From: Azolla caroliniana | Taxonomy: Eukaryota; Plantae; Polypodiophyta | Direction of reading: 5' to 3' | Length of the DNA stretch: 64,000 nt | NCBI GenBank assembly: GCA_043228905.1 | Contig: JBHGNT010000013.1 | Location: forward strand, 7,626,001-7,690,000 | Shown here: one piece after another, positions 12,197 to 25,118 of the stretch | Layout: the number at the start of each line of letters is the position of its first letter | Numbering within the stretch: position 1 is the first letter of the stretch | The notes under the pieces: model-generated | Databases searched by the model: none | What the model was told of the DNA's origin: nothing | What the model saw: only the letters and a program-made list of their open reading frames with translations | Program-made: the position numbers and the translations under genes

Positions 12197-13292
12197 TGTC
12201 GTGAAGTACGAAAGCTTCACATGAAAAGTCTACAATAAGATAAATACGTAACTAAAATAAAATATATCTTGATAATGTTTTATAAAGGTAATATTAAAAA
12301 CACACTATGATAATATTATACATTATATGTAGAGGCAAATAAATAAATAAATAAATATATATATATATATTACCAATAACCCCCAGCGTATGACGCTGAA
12401 ACCTTACCATTTACCATATACTTGTAGTATATATATATATAAACCATACGTCTTGCTTTATTTGAAGTAATATTGTATGGTTTAAATCCTAAACCATATA
12501 ATGTACTACATGTACACCATATATTGTATTATATGGGCGAGAGAAGACTTGAACTAACAACCTCCACATTATGAACCTCAAAGCCTACCATTTAGCCAAT
12601 CCTCATTATGTGTAAAAAAAAATGTGTTATTTTATTTGAAGTAGCATTGTATAGTCTAGACTCTAAACCATGTAATGTACTACATGTGCACCATATAGCA
12701 CACATGCAAGAGCCCTCTTTGCATGTGTGACATATGGCCCACATGCAAAACCATCCCCTTCCTATAAAAGGAGAAGGGAGTATAGTCACAAGGACATCAA
12801 GGAATCAATCAATCATATTGAATAAAATTATTGTATGCAATTGAACAAAATTATATTGTAAGAGATATCATAACAGAGAAAGAGGGAGAGAAGGTAAAAG
12901 CTATATACAATCTTTAAAAGACAAGGGAAGAACTAGCTTGGCGGCGGCGGTGCTCAACTCGCAACGAAAAGGCGGAGGTTCGAGTGTTATCCTCATCGAA
13001 AGATAGAAGGGAAGATTGTGATCTACTTTCAAGAAAGAGAAGAGTGACTACCTTGTGAGACAAAGTTCGACGGTTCAACAACGCTCACAACCATTTTGTA
13101 ACTCTTTCATGAAATAATTATAAATTTCTTACATTCCCTCAATTATCCTTTTACATCCTATCTTGTTGATCACTATTTATCTATTTCCACTCTTTCGTCT
13201 CTTCTGTCCGAAATCCCAGCGATTCCTTCCTCACTTTCTCGTTATCTTCTGTCTACGCAATGTTGCGCTTCTAGGCAAGCCACGCCACAACA
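12197..13292 (+). mobile_element. solo LTR of Gypsy type (TGTCGTG..CACAACA) with a decayed 4-bp TSD
   Basis: Flanks GCGA/ACGG. Removing it with one TSD copy restores host GNQQNPHY, which aligns with GNRQRTHY in a paralog. TATA-like CCTATAAAAG at 12761. Confidence 0.75.
12534..12605 (-). other. tRNA-like (Pol III A/B box) module inside the solo LTR
   Basis: A box TGGCTAAATGG, anticodon-like TTCATAA, B box GTTCAAGTC. Flanked by ~66-bp direct repeats (12458-12523, 12632-12697). Confidence 0.6.
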
Positions 13293-14665
13293 ACGGGTTT
13301 TGTTGGTTCCCTTGTTTGGTCTTAGTGGATCCGTATTTATCTGAATCGGTTCACTTCTTCTCGTACTTGATATCCGGTGTCCTTTCTTGCCACAATAGGA
13401 GCATTCTGTGTAGTCCTTCCCTTGCCGGTTTCCGGCATCGATTTGACTCCCCCTGCTTGTGGAGGGTTCGAAACTACCGTGGGCCCTATCTCCAAGCCTT
13501 TGGTTCTACTCTTGCCGGGCGCCGCTATTGCGTGCCAACCCACCTCATCCTCCACTCCCACGCGGATGATACGCCTCCGTGTACAACATTTGGTTGTCTG
13601 ATTGAGTGGTCCTCAACCCACTTGTGTGGTTTTCTTCGACCATCAGCATCAACTACAGGTCGAAGAAGGACGGTGGCTTCTCCCAGGTGCAAATTACCAT
13701 CCAGATTGGCATGTACCGTTGTGTTAGACCACTGAGGTAGATCTAGACCAACATGTCCCATTGCCGGATACTGGTGAGCTCTTGCCAGAGTTGCAACTTC
13801 CGAGCCATGGTACTTGCGGCGAAAATCTTCCGGAGATTTTCCTAGGTCTCCTTGAGCGACTTTGCATCTCTAATGTAGCCGAGCATCTAGTCGTGCACAC
13901 AGGACGCGAGACAATACAACACTCTACTCACTCCTTGATCCCATGCCGGGAAGTCCTTGTGTGCTGAATCTGGCACCGCTACATTTGCTCCTTCCACAAA
14001 GCTCTAGTATCCATGCCTTAGTAGGTACTGGTGCATTTTATACAACCAGGACGCATAGTTCCTCTGGTCGAGCATTTCTGTAGGAAGCGAGCTCAACATG
14101 CTTCTGTCCATATCTTTCTTCTCTCTTTGGTTCTTTACCGATGATTAGGGTTTGTCCGTTTTGAGCAGTTGTCGGCATAAGAGGTTCTCAACCCTCACGC
14201 TCTGATACCATGTGAAGAATTTCGTGCGGAAGCTTGTAGACAAACCGGCTCAGCCAGATAACAATAGTAAACGAAAATGAAGGTTTAATAGAAGCTTGAG
14301 AATACACAGTACGCGGGAGAGACAGAGAGAGAGCTAAATTGTAAAAAAAACTCTATCCAAAATAACAACACTCTGTATCTACAAATTTCCTACATAACAC
14401 TTTTTTATACAAGTCCTTTAAAGGACTGACAAAAATACTAACAAGTACTTCAATGCTCATAGGAGCGACTGACACTAACTCCAATGAATATGCCTACATA
14501 CTAGGCTACGATTGTAGGCCTCTAATGGCCTACCGGTTACAATCTGATACGTCTCTCCGATGCGGCTCTTGGTTCTAGATACCTATCCAGTTCTCCGTTT
14601 CGGATACCAATCCGTCTCCAGCTTATTTAGCTGATCTAGATTCGGTTGAGCTTTTGTGCTCAACA

Positions 14666-15215
14666 TTCTGTCAGTCCTTTTAAGAACTTGTATAAAAGTG
14701 CGCACTAAACACATTCTATGTACAGAGTAATTATTTGTAATTTGAGTTTTATGTTGTTCTGCTCTCTCTGTCTCTCTCACGTACTCTATGTGTGTGTAAT
14801 TCAAGCTTTCCATTAAATGTTAGTTCTATTTTTTGTTGTTATCCAACTGAGCCGGTTTGTCTAAGCTTCCGCACATTAGCTTTCACATGGTATCAGAGCG
14901 CGAGGGTTCACAATCCTCTACTGCCAAGAAGCGAATCATCAAAGACAAACCCAAACTTAACACCCGTTAAGATCAGTAACAAGATATGGACAGAGGGATG
15001 CCAAGCTCGCTTCCGACTGAGAAGCTCGACAGGAACAACTATGCATCTTGGTTGTACAAGATGCACCAGTACCTGCTGGGGCACGATTACTGGAGTTATG
15101 TCGAAGGAGAAAAGTAGTGTCGGAGCCGGAACACAAGGAATTCTCGGTATGAGAACAAGGAGTGAGTAGGGTGTTGTACTCCCTCGTGTCCTGTGTGCAT
15201 GATCAAATACTTGAC
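14666..15215 (+). mobile_element. Copia family B fragment: 3' part of LTR (to 14887), PBS 14888-14899, start of gag
   Basis: LTR end TTTCACA followed by TGGTATCAGAGC; gag start (MDRGMPSSLPTEKLDRNNYASWLYKMHQYLLG) like that at 16532. Confidence 0.85.
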
Positions 15216-18200
15216 TTTCGAGTTGTTGCATGCGTAACGATAGTTCCCCATGTTGTTGTTGCGTCTGCTGCTTTTCTAAGGAGATTTGTTGAAGATCCCC
15301 CAACAACCATTGATTTTCTTGTTCCAAAGCAAGGAACTTCTCTTTCAAGCATTGCAACTCCGAGAAAATGGATTGATATTCTTGAGTGCTAACAGTGGCC
15401 ATAGGATGAGAGGAATGAGGAATAAGAGATTAGTATGAAGGGAGGGAGACGTAAAAAGATAAAAGGAAGAGGAGAGGAGGAAAAAATTGGTTCAAACTAT
15501 TAGGAATAGTATTGATACAAAGAGGAAATTAGAACTAAGAGATGAATATTAGTACTAGGAGGAAAAGAGGGTGTAGAACACTTGAGAGAAGGAGAGAGAG
15601 AGAGAGAATGATGATGACAACGATATATTATGTGAAAGAATATACAAGGCGTGCCGTTGGCAAACAATATAAAGCTCACGTTGACCGACTTTGCTTGGTC
15701 GCTCCGACCTTCACAGTCGGTGGCATGGTTTGGCTGCTACGTCGCTACGTTGCCACATCGCAACCACATGTCCCTGCGCGAAGCTCGACTACAGAAAGCT
15801 AGGCCCCTTCCGTATCCTCGAGCCCGTTAACCCAGTCACCTTCCGGTTAGCGCTTTCCCCCACATTTCGGCTTCACAATGTTTTCCACATCTCTCTCCTC
15901 GAACCCTACCATCCTTCTCGCATTCCGGGATGACAACCTCCTCCGTTGCCGCCCTCATAAACTGGTTGCGGGTGTTAGGAAGCGGCCTTAGAGGAAGGAT
16001 AATGTCATAGACATATGCCACAGACGAAGTGTTGAGATACAAGCTCAACATTGGTTGGATTGGCTGTGCAAGCTAAGAACCGGATCGGTGCGTAAACTGG
16101 TGTGCAACAAGAGGCCGGATCAGTGTAGAAACTGGAAGGCCGTTGAACAGATATTCCGCAAGGGAATATATTTGGGAGTTAGTGTAGGAGCTCAGTTATG
16201 AGCATTCTAGTACATGTCAGTACTTTTGTCAGTCCGTATGGACTTGAATAAAGGTGCTCTCAGAGCACATCCTATGTATGTAGTTTTACACATTATTTTG
16301 AATTTAGTTTTTTCTGTGTGTTCACTCGCTCTCTGTCTCTCCCGCGTACATTGTGTCTTAAGCTCTCCATTAAACCTGTTTTTCCCTGTTGGTATTCAGT
16401 GTTTCATATAGCTTCCGCACGTAAACATTTCACATGGTATTATTAGAGCGTGAGGGTTGAGAACCTCTATAGCCGACTTCAGCTCGAAACAAAAAAAGAC
16501 TAATCTCGGTGAAGAACAAAAAGGGGAAAAAATGGATAGAGGTATGGCTAGTTCGCTTCCAACGGAGAAGCTCGACAGAAGTAACTACGCATCTTGGTCG
16601 TACAAGATGGACCAGTACCTGCTCGGACATGGATACTGGAGCTATGTCGATGGAGCGAATGATGCAGCACCTAAATTGACACAAAGAGACTTTCCGGCCT
16701 GGGAACAGTCGGCGAGCAGAGTTCTCTACTGCTTTGCGCCCTGTGTGAGCGAATAGCTCTTCAACAACATTTGGGATTCAAGAATGCCGAAGGATGCTTG
16801 GGGAAATCTCAAAAAGATTTTCGCCGCAAGCACCACAGCCAGGAAGCTCCAACTCTGATAGGAGTTGAGCAATGTGCGTCAGCGCGACATGACGGTGGCT
16901 GACTACACCTCCAAGATAAAGGATATCTATGACTCCCTCGTCTCCAACAATGTGAACATTGAGGAGGGCGAAATGGTGCAGATCTGTCTCGGAGGATTGG
17001 CATCGAAGTTCGAAGCATTCCGAACTGTTGTTTGTACAAGGGAGAATACGGCGTCATTTTTTGACTTGCAGTCGATGCTCCTTGTAGAGGAGAATCACGT
17101 GGGTGCATCGACAAGTATGCATGCCGACAACAAGATGTACATGGAGGGAGATAGGCCCCGTGGTCGTGGCAGACGAGGAGAGTCGGCGCGCAATGGAGGC
17201 GGCCGACAGGAGCAAGGAAGAAGGCATTGTGGTGATGCCGACAGCAATTCCGGACCCTACGGAAGCAGGGGGAATCGAGGAGGCGACGAGAACCGGCAAG
17301 GGAAACACGCCATGGAATGTTGGTATTGTGGCAAGAAAGGCCACAAGGAGAGTGAGTGCTAGAAGAAGCACGCCGATTTGGAGAAAACCGGATCCGGATC
17401 CGGACCAACCGAACAAGGAAATCGGCAACGGACACACTACGCCGAAGGATACGAAAAAGTCGGAAAGGGGGCAGCCTTCGTGACAAGACACGAAGCGAAC
17501 TCGATGAAGAAGACCACCCGGAAATTGGAGGAAGTGTGGTAAGTTGACTCTGGAATGTCAAACAATATGACGAACCATAAAGAGTGCTTCTCATATCTGG
17601 AAAAACTGGAACAACCGGGAGTAGTCGCAATAGGAGACGACACTCTGCATCCGATCATACATGTCGATGAAGTTCCCCTCAGCCACATCGGGCAAAAAGG
17701 GAAGCTAATGAACATGTTGCACGTCCCGAAAATTACGACGAATCTGGTGTCGATTAGATAGATCGTCGACCACAGGATGCAAGTCCGGTTCACGCATCTC
17801 GGGTGCTTCATCGAGGAAGAAGGCCAAGTTATTGCGCAAGGGCGCAGAGATGGGAAGATGTTCATCCTCGACACCAATGACCTTGGCACCGCCATGTTCA
17901 CGAAAGGACAAAAATTCGAGTTGGATATCGACTTGTGGCATAAGCGGATAGGCCACGTCAACTACCAAAGGCTTCAGGACCTACAATCGAAACAAGTTGT
18001 GTTCGGATTGCCAATATTTAGTGCTCGAAACGCCCAAATTTGTGAAGCCTGCCAGCTAGTGAAGCAACACCGACTTCCTTTCCCCATCGAGCATAATTGG
18101 AGACGAAATAACCTCGACTTGATACATTCATATGTATGGGGACCGGCCCAGAATGTGAGTCTTGGCCGGAGTCGATATTTCGTCTCCTTCATCGAAAAGA

Positions 18201-18986
18201 AGAGTGAAGTCTTCGACTGTTTCCAGAACCTCAAAAGTCTTGTCGAAAGGGAAACAGGGAGGAAGATCAAGTGTCTGCGGTCGGATGGAGGAAAAGAGTA
18301 CTTTTCTAGCCAATTCAATAGTTATCTGCAACAAATGGGAATTCGGCGCAAATTCAGTTGCTGGTATACGCCGGAGGCAAAACGGCGTAGCCGAAAGGAA
18401 GAATTGGTCGGTTGTGGAAGCGGCACGGGCAATGCTGGAAGAAAAGAGCATGCCCAAGTTCTATTGGGCTGAAGTGGTTCGAACCGCGATCTACATCCAG
18501 AATCGGATCGGCGAAAAAGTGTCAGCACATGAGTTGTATTTCGGAAGGAAGCTGAATCTATGACACTTCAGGGTTTTTGGTAGCATCGCGTATATGCATG
18601 TGCGGAAGGAGAAGCGAAGGAAGCTGGACGCGGAAGCCGAGAACTGTATCTTGGTCGGCTATTTGGACGAACAAAAGGGTTATAAGTGTTATAACCCCCG
18701 AACCAAACAAGCTCGCGCCAGTCGCGATGTCGTGTTCGATGAGTCTGCGTCTTGGTATTTTCCTCCGACTCCAGACCTCAACTCCAATTCGAGTTCTGAA
18801 GATGAGGTCACCGAGGCTGAGATGCCTCCTGATGAACGCGAAGTTGGAACTCTTGAAGAGAGTCCAATCTCATTTCGGCTAAGTGGACTGAATGAGCGAC
18901 TGAGTTGGGTTGACTAGTCAGATGAAGAGCCAACGAGTAGTGGAGACTCGGTCGTGCATTTCCCGCGCAGGAAGCCGAAGAGACGA

Positions 18987-21900
18987 TGTCGTGAAGATCC
19001 ATCACTATGTGCGGATCGTGAGGCGGAACCACCGGGGTCTTGGACCAGAAGGATTCGAAGTTTGCACCAACTTTAATGAGAAAGTATTGAAGATAGATTG
19101 AGAGAGATTGATATGACGAAAGAGAGATATTGAGATAAAGATTGAACTTTTAACTTTTAGATTTAAGAGAGAAGATATATTAACAATAGGATTACAAGTT
19201 TCTTATTTTTCCCAAATTTTTCATTCACATAACTTGACATTTAGTTGTCCATTTCAAATGTAGTAAAGTACATTCAGAAGCTCTTGAAAACATCCATCTT
19301 TCCGTACCAAGATATTAAACTAATCTAAAATAGTATCTTTACTATTACTGTTTCATATTGTGAGTGAAGAACCACACTCGATTTTGTATGTTCCTCGCAA
19401 TTTTCTCACCGTTGCCGAAAATCTTCACAACATCCACCCCCACCAAACCGCACGTCCTCCGGTACATGCCAAGAAGAGAGAGTGTGAGATTTCGGCTACG
19501 GTGATTAGTACGATTCTTTCTTCTTCTTATTTTTGAGCATGTCCATTCCCTTCACTCGAACCATTGTTGCCACCCAATCCACCCTATCATTCGCTAATTC
19601 TTGGATTTACCATGACTTGTTGTCAAGGCCCCTTTTTCTCCTTCCGAACATAATTGTTTAGGCTTTATGCATGTTCCACCTTTGTCTCGATCGTCTCCTT
19701 GCTCAAGGCACTTTGACCCATCACACATTTTTGTTTTATGTTTTTCTCCCCAAGCCTTTATCTGAATAATGACATTGACTACCCCATGTAGTACCTTCAA
19801 GTGCATGCCCACTTTGAGATCCTTACGCGAACATGCTCTATGTTTCTCACTTTGTCCAGTTTCATGATACAATCTCATGTTAGAGTTGAAAATCTTCACA
19901 CTAGCATCTTCTCTAGATGTTTTGATCACATCCTTCGGATCCTGATGGCTTGCTTGGCCATCATCATCCTTTGTCATTATTTCCTCAGACTCTTTGTTGT
20001 ACGCATCAGCTTTTGTCTCTATGCTTTGCTTGACCTCTTCCTCCCACACATCAGCTTCAACCCTTGCTTCTTCGTCGTCACTTTCCTTCTCTTGGGTCTT
20101 ACATCAGTTAATGCCCAAGTCTCCAGAACGAGTGTGGAGAGATCCATATGTATTTGTCGACCACTCCCCAACATCGTTATTTGTAGCAGCTTGGACCTTC
20201 GCTTCCCTGCCATCATCTTCTATCTCTTGGGTCTCACGTTGGCTTTGGACCACAACTACCCAAGTCTCTAGAACATGTGCGAAGGAATCCGTTTTGTCTT
20301 TGGTCAATTGCCTCGACACCTTTGTCTTGATGTCATCTTTCACATTAGATTTGAATTCCCCCTTGTTGCCACCTTCCTTCTCTTGGGTCTTATGTTGGTT
20401 CTCGGACGCAACTGCCCAAGTCTCTAGAACCAGTGTGGGGAAAGTGTTGTCACTGCCATCAGTCACCATCGACTCGTCCATATCTATCTTCGCCTCAATG
20501 TTGTGCACACCATCTTGGTCCTTCCCCTTACTACCACCTTCCATCTCTTGGGTCTCACGTTGGCTCTCTACAACTGCCCAAGTCTCAGGAACTTGTGTGA
20601 AGGAATCCTCGACACGGCTATCTGCCATTAATTCTTCCATAGCCACCTCTGACTCGATGTGATTTTTCGTGGCTATCTCTTCAATCTCATGGGCCTCATA
20701 CCCATTGACCCTCTTGATCGAGCAAGCTTTGATTATGCTTCTCCCTTTTTCGCATGTATTCATTTCGACCTTCAGCTTCTCGCTGACACCTTCCGTCTCT
20801 TGGGTCTCACGTTGGTTCTTGGATGCAACTGCCCAAGTCTCTAGAACAAGTGCGGAGAAAATCTGGCCATCATCATTGTCGATGCTTGTTGTCTTGTTCA
20901 TAGCCACCTCGTCGATGTTGATTTCAGTGGCTAGATCCTTCATCATGTCAATCTCACACTCTTTATCTCCCTTAATGCAAGCTTCGATTAAGCTTGCTCC
21001 TTCATCATCTGTTGTTTCGAACACAAAGCGCATCCCGAAACATTTGTCCTCCTTTGAAGTGGCCTTCACTGTCCTCGAGTCATCATCAATCTTCTTTTCA
21101 TGTAGGTTGCTTTGTTTAGGCGTCTCTACTTCTTTAGATGGTCTTGATTTTTCTATGCTTGACCTTACCAAGTCAATATCATCAAACCATTGACGACGCT
21201 TGTCGAGGTTGTTGCATGCTTGCTTCACCGCAATCCAGTCTGCCACAAGTCTGTTCGCTCTTGGGTATCATCTTCGAGGAGACTCCCCAATTCTCATCTA
21301 TCCTTCATGTCCATAGCTTTCAAGAAGTACAAAGTCTTGTCCTCCTCAAGCAGCACTTGGTCCGTGTTGGGGAGACGACTAAACATCTGCTCGAACTCAT
21401 CGTACACCCTCGACAAGGCATGTTGAGTCATCCTCTTATTCTTCTTTTCTATCCACTTCATCAAGGCATGTTGAGTCATCCTCAAAAAATCTTCCATCGC
21501 AAACTCGGTTAATATTTCTTTCTCAAACTCCAACCACGTTGTCTTCCCTTCTTGAAGCTCGATGGCGCGCCTTTGGATGTTGTTGGCGACCACTCTCTTG
21601 AAACTTGTGATTTGACGCGCTTCAAACATGCCCCTCTGATTCATCTCCCTTCTGTATGCATCAAGGAACTTTGTAATGTTCCTTTAATCAAATTGACCCT
21701 CGAGCTCCATGACACGGTCGACAACCTTCTCCACGCTCGCATCGTTGTCCCAAGATCTCATCATTTGTTCGACGATTAGCAACATCCTTTCGAACTCTCC
21801 TGCTTGATTGCTTGAGGACGCCATCTCCAAGTATCAGTCGATCCTCGACTTGCTCCTTCCTAATGCCTCTTTCACATTGGGTTCACCATTTAATTATGTC

Positions 21901-22339
21901 GTGAAGATCCGTCACTACGTGCGGATCGTGAGGCAAAACCACCGGGGTCCTAGACTGGAAGGATTCGAAGTTTGCACCTTTAGCGAGAAAGTATTTAAGA
22001 GAGATTGAGAGAGATTGATATCACGAAAGAGAGATATTGAGATAAAGATTGAACTTTTAACTTCTAGATTTAAGAGAGAAGATACATCAACAATAGGATT
22101 ACAAGTTTCTTATTTTTCCCAAATTTTTCATTCCAGTAACTTGACATTTAGTTGTCCATTTCAAATGTAGTAACGTACATTTGGAAGCTCTTGAAGACAT
22201 CCATCTTTTCGTACCAAGATATTAAACTAATCTAAAATAGTATCTTTACTATTATTGTTTCATATCATGTGTGAAGAACCACACTCGATTTTGTATGTTC
22301 CTCGCAATTTTCTCACCGTTGCCGAAAATCTTCACAACA
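18987..22339 (-). mobile_element. non-autonomous gag-only LTR retrotransposon, tRNA-Trp primed
   Basis: LTRs 18987-19432 and 21897-22339 (TGTCGTGAAGAT..ATCTTCACAACA); PBS 21871-21888; purine tract next to 19432; TSD ACGA/ACGG; no PR, RT or INT motifs inside. Confidence 0.9.
19594..21824 (-). pseudogene. gag fused to a long acidic repeat-containing extension (disrupted)
   Basis: ATG 21824 MASSSNQAGEFERML..GQFD*RNITKFLDAY; five ETWAV..QRETQE-type repeats in ORFs 20104-21246 and 20019-20216. Confidence 0.7.
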
Positions 22340-25053
22340 ACGGCTTACGCGCAAAGAAAAGGGAAAGAAGAAGATGTCGGAGTACGGCACGGATAGGGAC
22401 GAGTCGGCTCGACGCGAATCCAACTCCGAGAAGAGCGATAACGGGCCTTCAAGAACGAAGCCCGTGTCGGCTAGAACAGTCTCAACATCAGCTAATGAAC
22501 AATTACGCCGATCAACCTGTAAGAAGAACCCTGTTGTGCGGTTCGGATACAAAGAGTACATGTCGCATCACTATGTGTACATGACACGTGTAGCGGAAGT
22601 GCGTGAGCGGGAGAACTACGTAGAAGCGGCAAAGGACGCAAATTGGCGTGCCGCCATGGAGGAAGAGATGAATGCACTTGCGGAGAATGAAACCTAGGAC
22701 TTGGTTGACGCCCCCAAGGGTGTAAAGCCGATTAGATGCATGTGGGTGTACAAGGTCAAGTACAACACTGACAGCTCGTTCAATCGATACAAGGCCCGAT
22801 TAGTAGCAAAAGGCTACGTGCAGCAACACGACATCGATTACGATGAGACATTTGCCCCGGTCGCGAAGATGACGATCGTCCGTGTTTTGCTTGCGGTAGC
22901 TGCGGCGAAGGGGTGGCACTTACTTCAGATGGATGTAAAGAATGCGTTCCTACAAGGCGAGCTTGAGGAACAAGTGTACATGGTACAGCCCCCCGGATTT
23001 CACTCCGGAACGAACACTTTGGCGGTATGCCGGTTGAAGAAGTCCCTTTACGGACTAAAGCAAGTATCGCGTGCCTGGACGTGACAATCACGCAGCGATT
23101 GCGTCGGATGGGATTTGCGACATCCAAATCAGACTCTTCATTGTTTGTCCGGCAAGTTCAACTTGGGTTGGTTAGTATTTTACTTTATGTTGATGACTTG
23201 GTCATCGCCGGCGTTGACCTAGGTGAAATTGACCGCGTAAAGCTCTAGCTTGCGGCATCATTTGATATGAAGGACCTGGGGGACCTTCATTACTTTCTCG
23301 GGATTGAAGTGATTCAAACCCCCGAAGGCATACTGATCAGCCAACAGCATTACATGTTGAGTATGTTCTTCAACTTCGGGATGGCAGACTGTAAGTCCGT
23401 CTCAACTCCTCTGGACAGAACCGTGAAGCTTCGTCCCGACTCCAGAAAGGTTTGCAACCCGAAAAGGTTCTGACAGATTGTCGGAAGCCTCATATACTTG
23501 ACTATCACCCAGCCGGACCTCAGTTATCCGGTCGGCTTGATTAGTCAGTTCATGGCGCGGCCAACCGAGGAGCACCTCCAGTGCACGCAATGTGTACTCA
23601 GGTACGTTAGTGGCACTACGGACCGGGGGTTACTATATTAGACCGGTACTGCCGCACAACTAGTCGACTATACAGATCTTGACTAGGCCGGAAACGTCGG
23701 CGATCGCCGATCCATATCCAGATTCCCATTCTCCCTTGGGAGCCATATGGCTGAAGCACTGTTGAGCACAAAGGTCGAGTATCGAGGAGCGGCTATCGCA
23801 ACGTGCGAAGCCATATGGGTGAAGCGGTTACTTCAGGAACTGCAGGTGGAGGTGTCCGGTCCGACGACGATCTACTGCAACAACCTCAGTAGCATCCAAC
23901 TTGCGAAGAACCCCGTCTTCCACGCCCGGACTTAGCACATTGAGGTGCATTACCACTTTGTCCGCGAGTGTGTCCTCTCTGGTGAGGTCAAACTTCAGTA
24001 TGTTTCGACAGATCGGTAGAACGCTGACATCTTCACCAAGCCCCTTGGTCTAGACAAGTTGCGACAATTCTCGGGTGCGCTTGGGTTGCCGCACCTCGAC
24101 ATGCCGAGCTTGAGGGGGAAAAAATTCCCGCATGACCACAGAAAGGAGCAGGAAAGGAGCGGAAGAGACCACGACATCAAATCGGATGACGAATTCGATT
24201 TAGTGTCGGCTGAAGAAGCCGAACGTGGATCCACAGAAAAGTCCGGAAGCGGACGAGAGGGCAGCAGCCGAAAGAAAGAGCCGGAGCCAGCCAAACATGG
24301 GGGAGATGAAGCCAACAAGGGCAAGAAGGCCAAGATTGAGGACGAATTAGAGACAGCCAATTCGGACAGAAGCAAAGACGAATCGGAGGCAGCCGATTCG
24401 GCTCGGATGTTTGATTCAGAGACGCCAAATCAACTAAAGGCCAAGCAGAATAAAGGGCAGCAGAAGAGGCGCCAACACCGTGACAACAAGGGAGCTAGAA
24501 AAGGCCGCACGAGTAGACAAGCCGACTGCAAGGGTTGAGGCACGCGGAATCGAACAGGTCGAGGCGCGCGAGTGAGGCGTGAAGCCAAGAGAAACCAAAG
24601 CAAAGGATTGGAAGAGCCTCAAGTTGAGCTTGAGGGGGAGTGTTGAGATGCAAGCTCAACATTGGCTGGATTGACTGTGCAAGCCGAGCACCAGATCGGT
24701 TTGGACCGATCGGTTAGGTTGGATCAGTGCGTATACCGGTGCGCAACAAGAGGCTAGATTGGTGCGGAAACCGGAAGGCTGTTGAATAGATATTCCGCGA
24801 GGGAATATATTAGGGAGTTAGTGTAGGAGCATTGTAGTACGTGTCAGTACGTATGGACTTGTATAAAGGTGCTCCCTGAGCACATCCTATGTATGTAGTT
24901 TTACACATTATTTTGAATTTAGTTTTTTCTATGTGTTCACTCCCTCTATGTCTCTCCCACATACATTGTGTCTTAAGCTCTCCATTAAACTTGTTTTTCC
25001 CTGTTGGTATTATGTGTTTCATATAGCTTCCACACCTAACATTTCATAGGAAG

Positions 25054-25118
25054 GTAGGGATTGAACCAAAAACCTCATGGTCTCTATTGAGCAACCCTAC
25101 CAATTGAGCTACCTATGC
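25054..25118 (-). other. tRNA-like (Pol III A/B box) module near the 5' end of the chromovirus-like LTR
   Basis: Minus strand GCATAGG TAGCTCAATTGGTAG ... GGTTCAATCCC. Confidence 0.65.

Larger units (their letters stand above)
11810..14665 (-). mobile_element. truncated, decayed Copia family B (5' LTR 14211-14665, PBS 14199-14210, gag-PR), carrying a solo LTR insertion
   Basis: TGTGAA..CTCAACA LTR similar to 61377-61825; TGGTATCAGAGC PBS; WYIDSGASSHMT protease; KNLVSVGQIVDQG. Confidence 0.85.
16030..25048 (+). mobile_element. full-length decayed Copia family B (LTRs 16030-16434 and 24641-25048) with a nested gag-only element
   Basis: TSD CGAAG/GGAAG; degenerate iMet PBS at 16435; PPT 24630-24640; gag, PR, INT, RT (YVDD) and RH fragments with many stops and frameshifts. 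Confidence 0.93.

Noticed and set aside
12534-12605. Functional tRNA-Met gene (and the other three tRNA-like modules)
   Set aside because: Acceptor, anticodon and T stems do not pair properly; only the A/B boxes are preserved.
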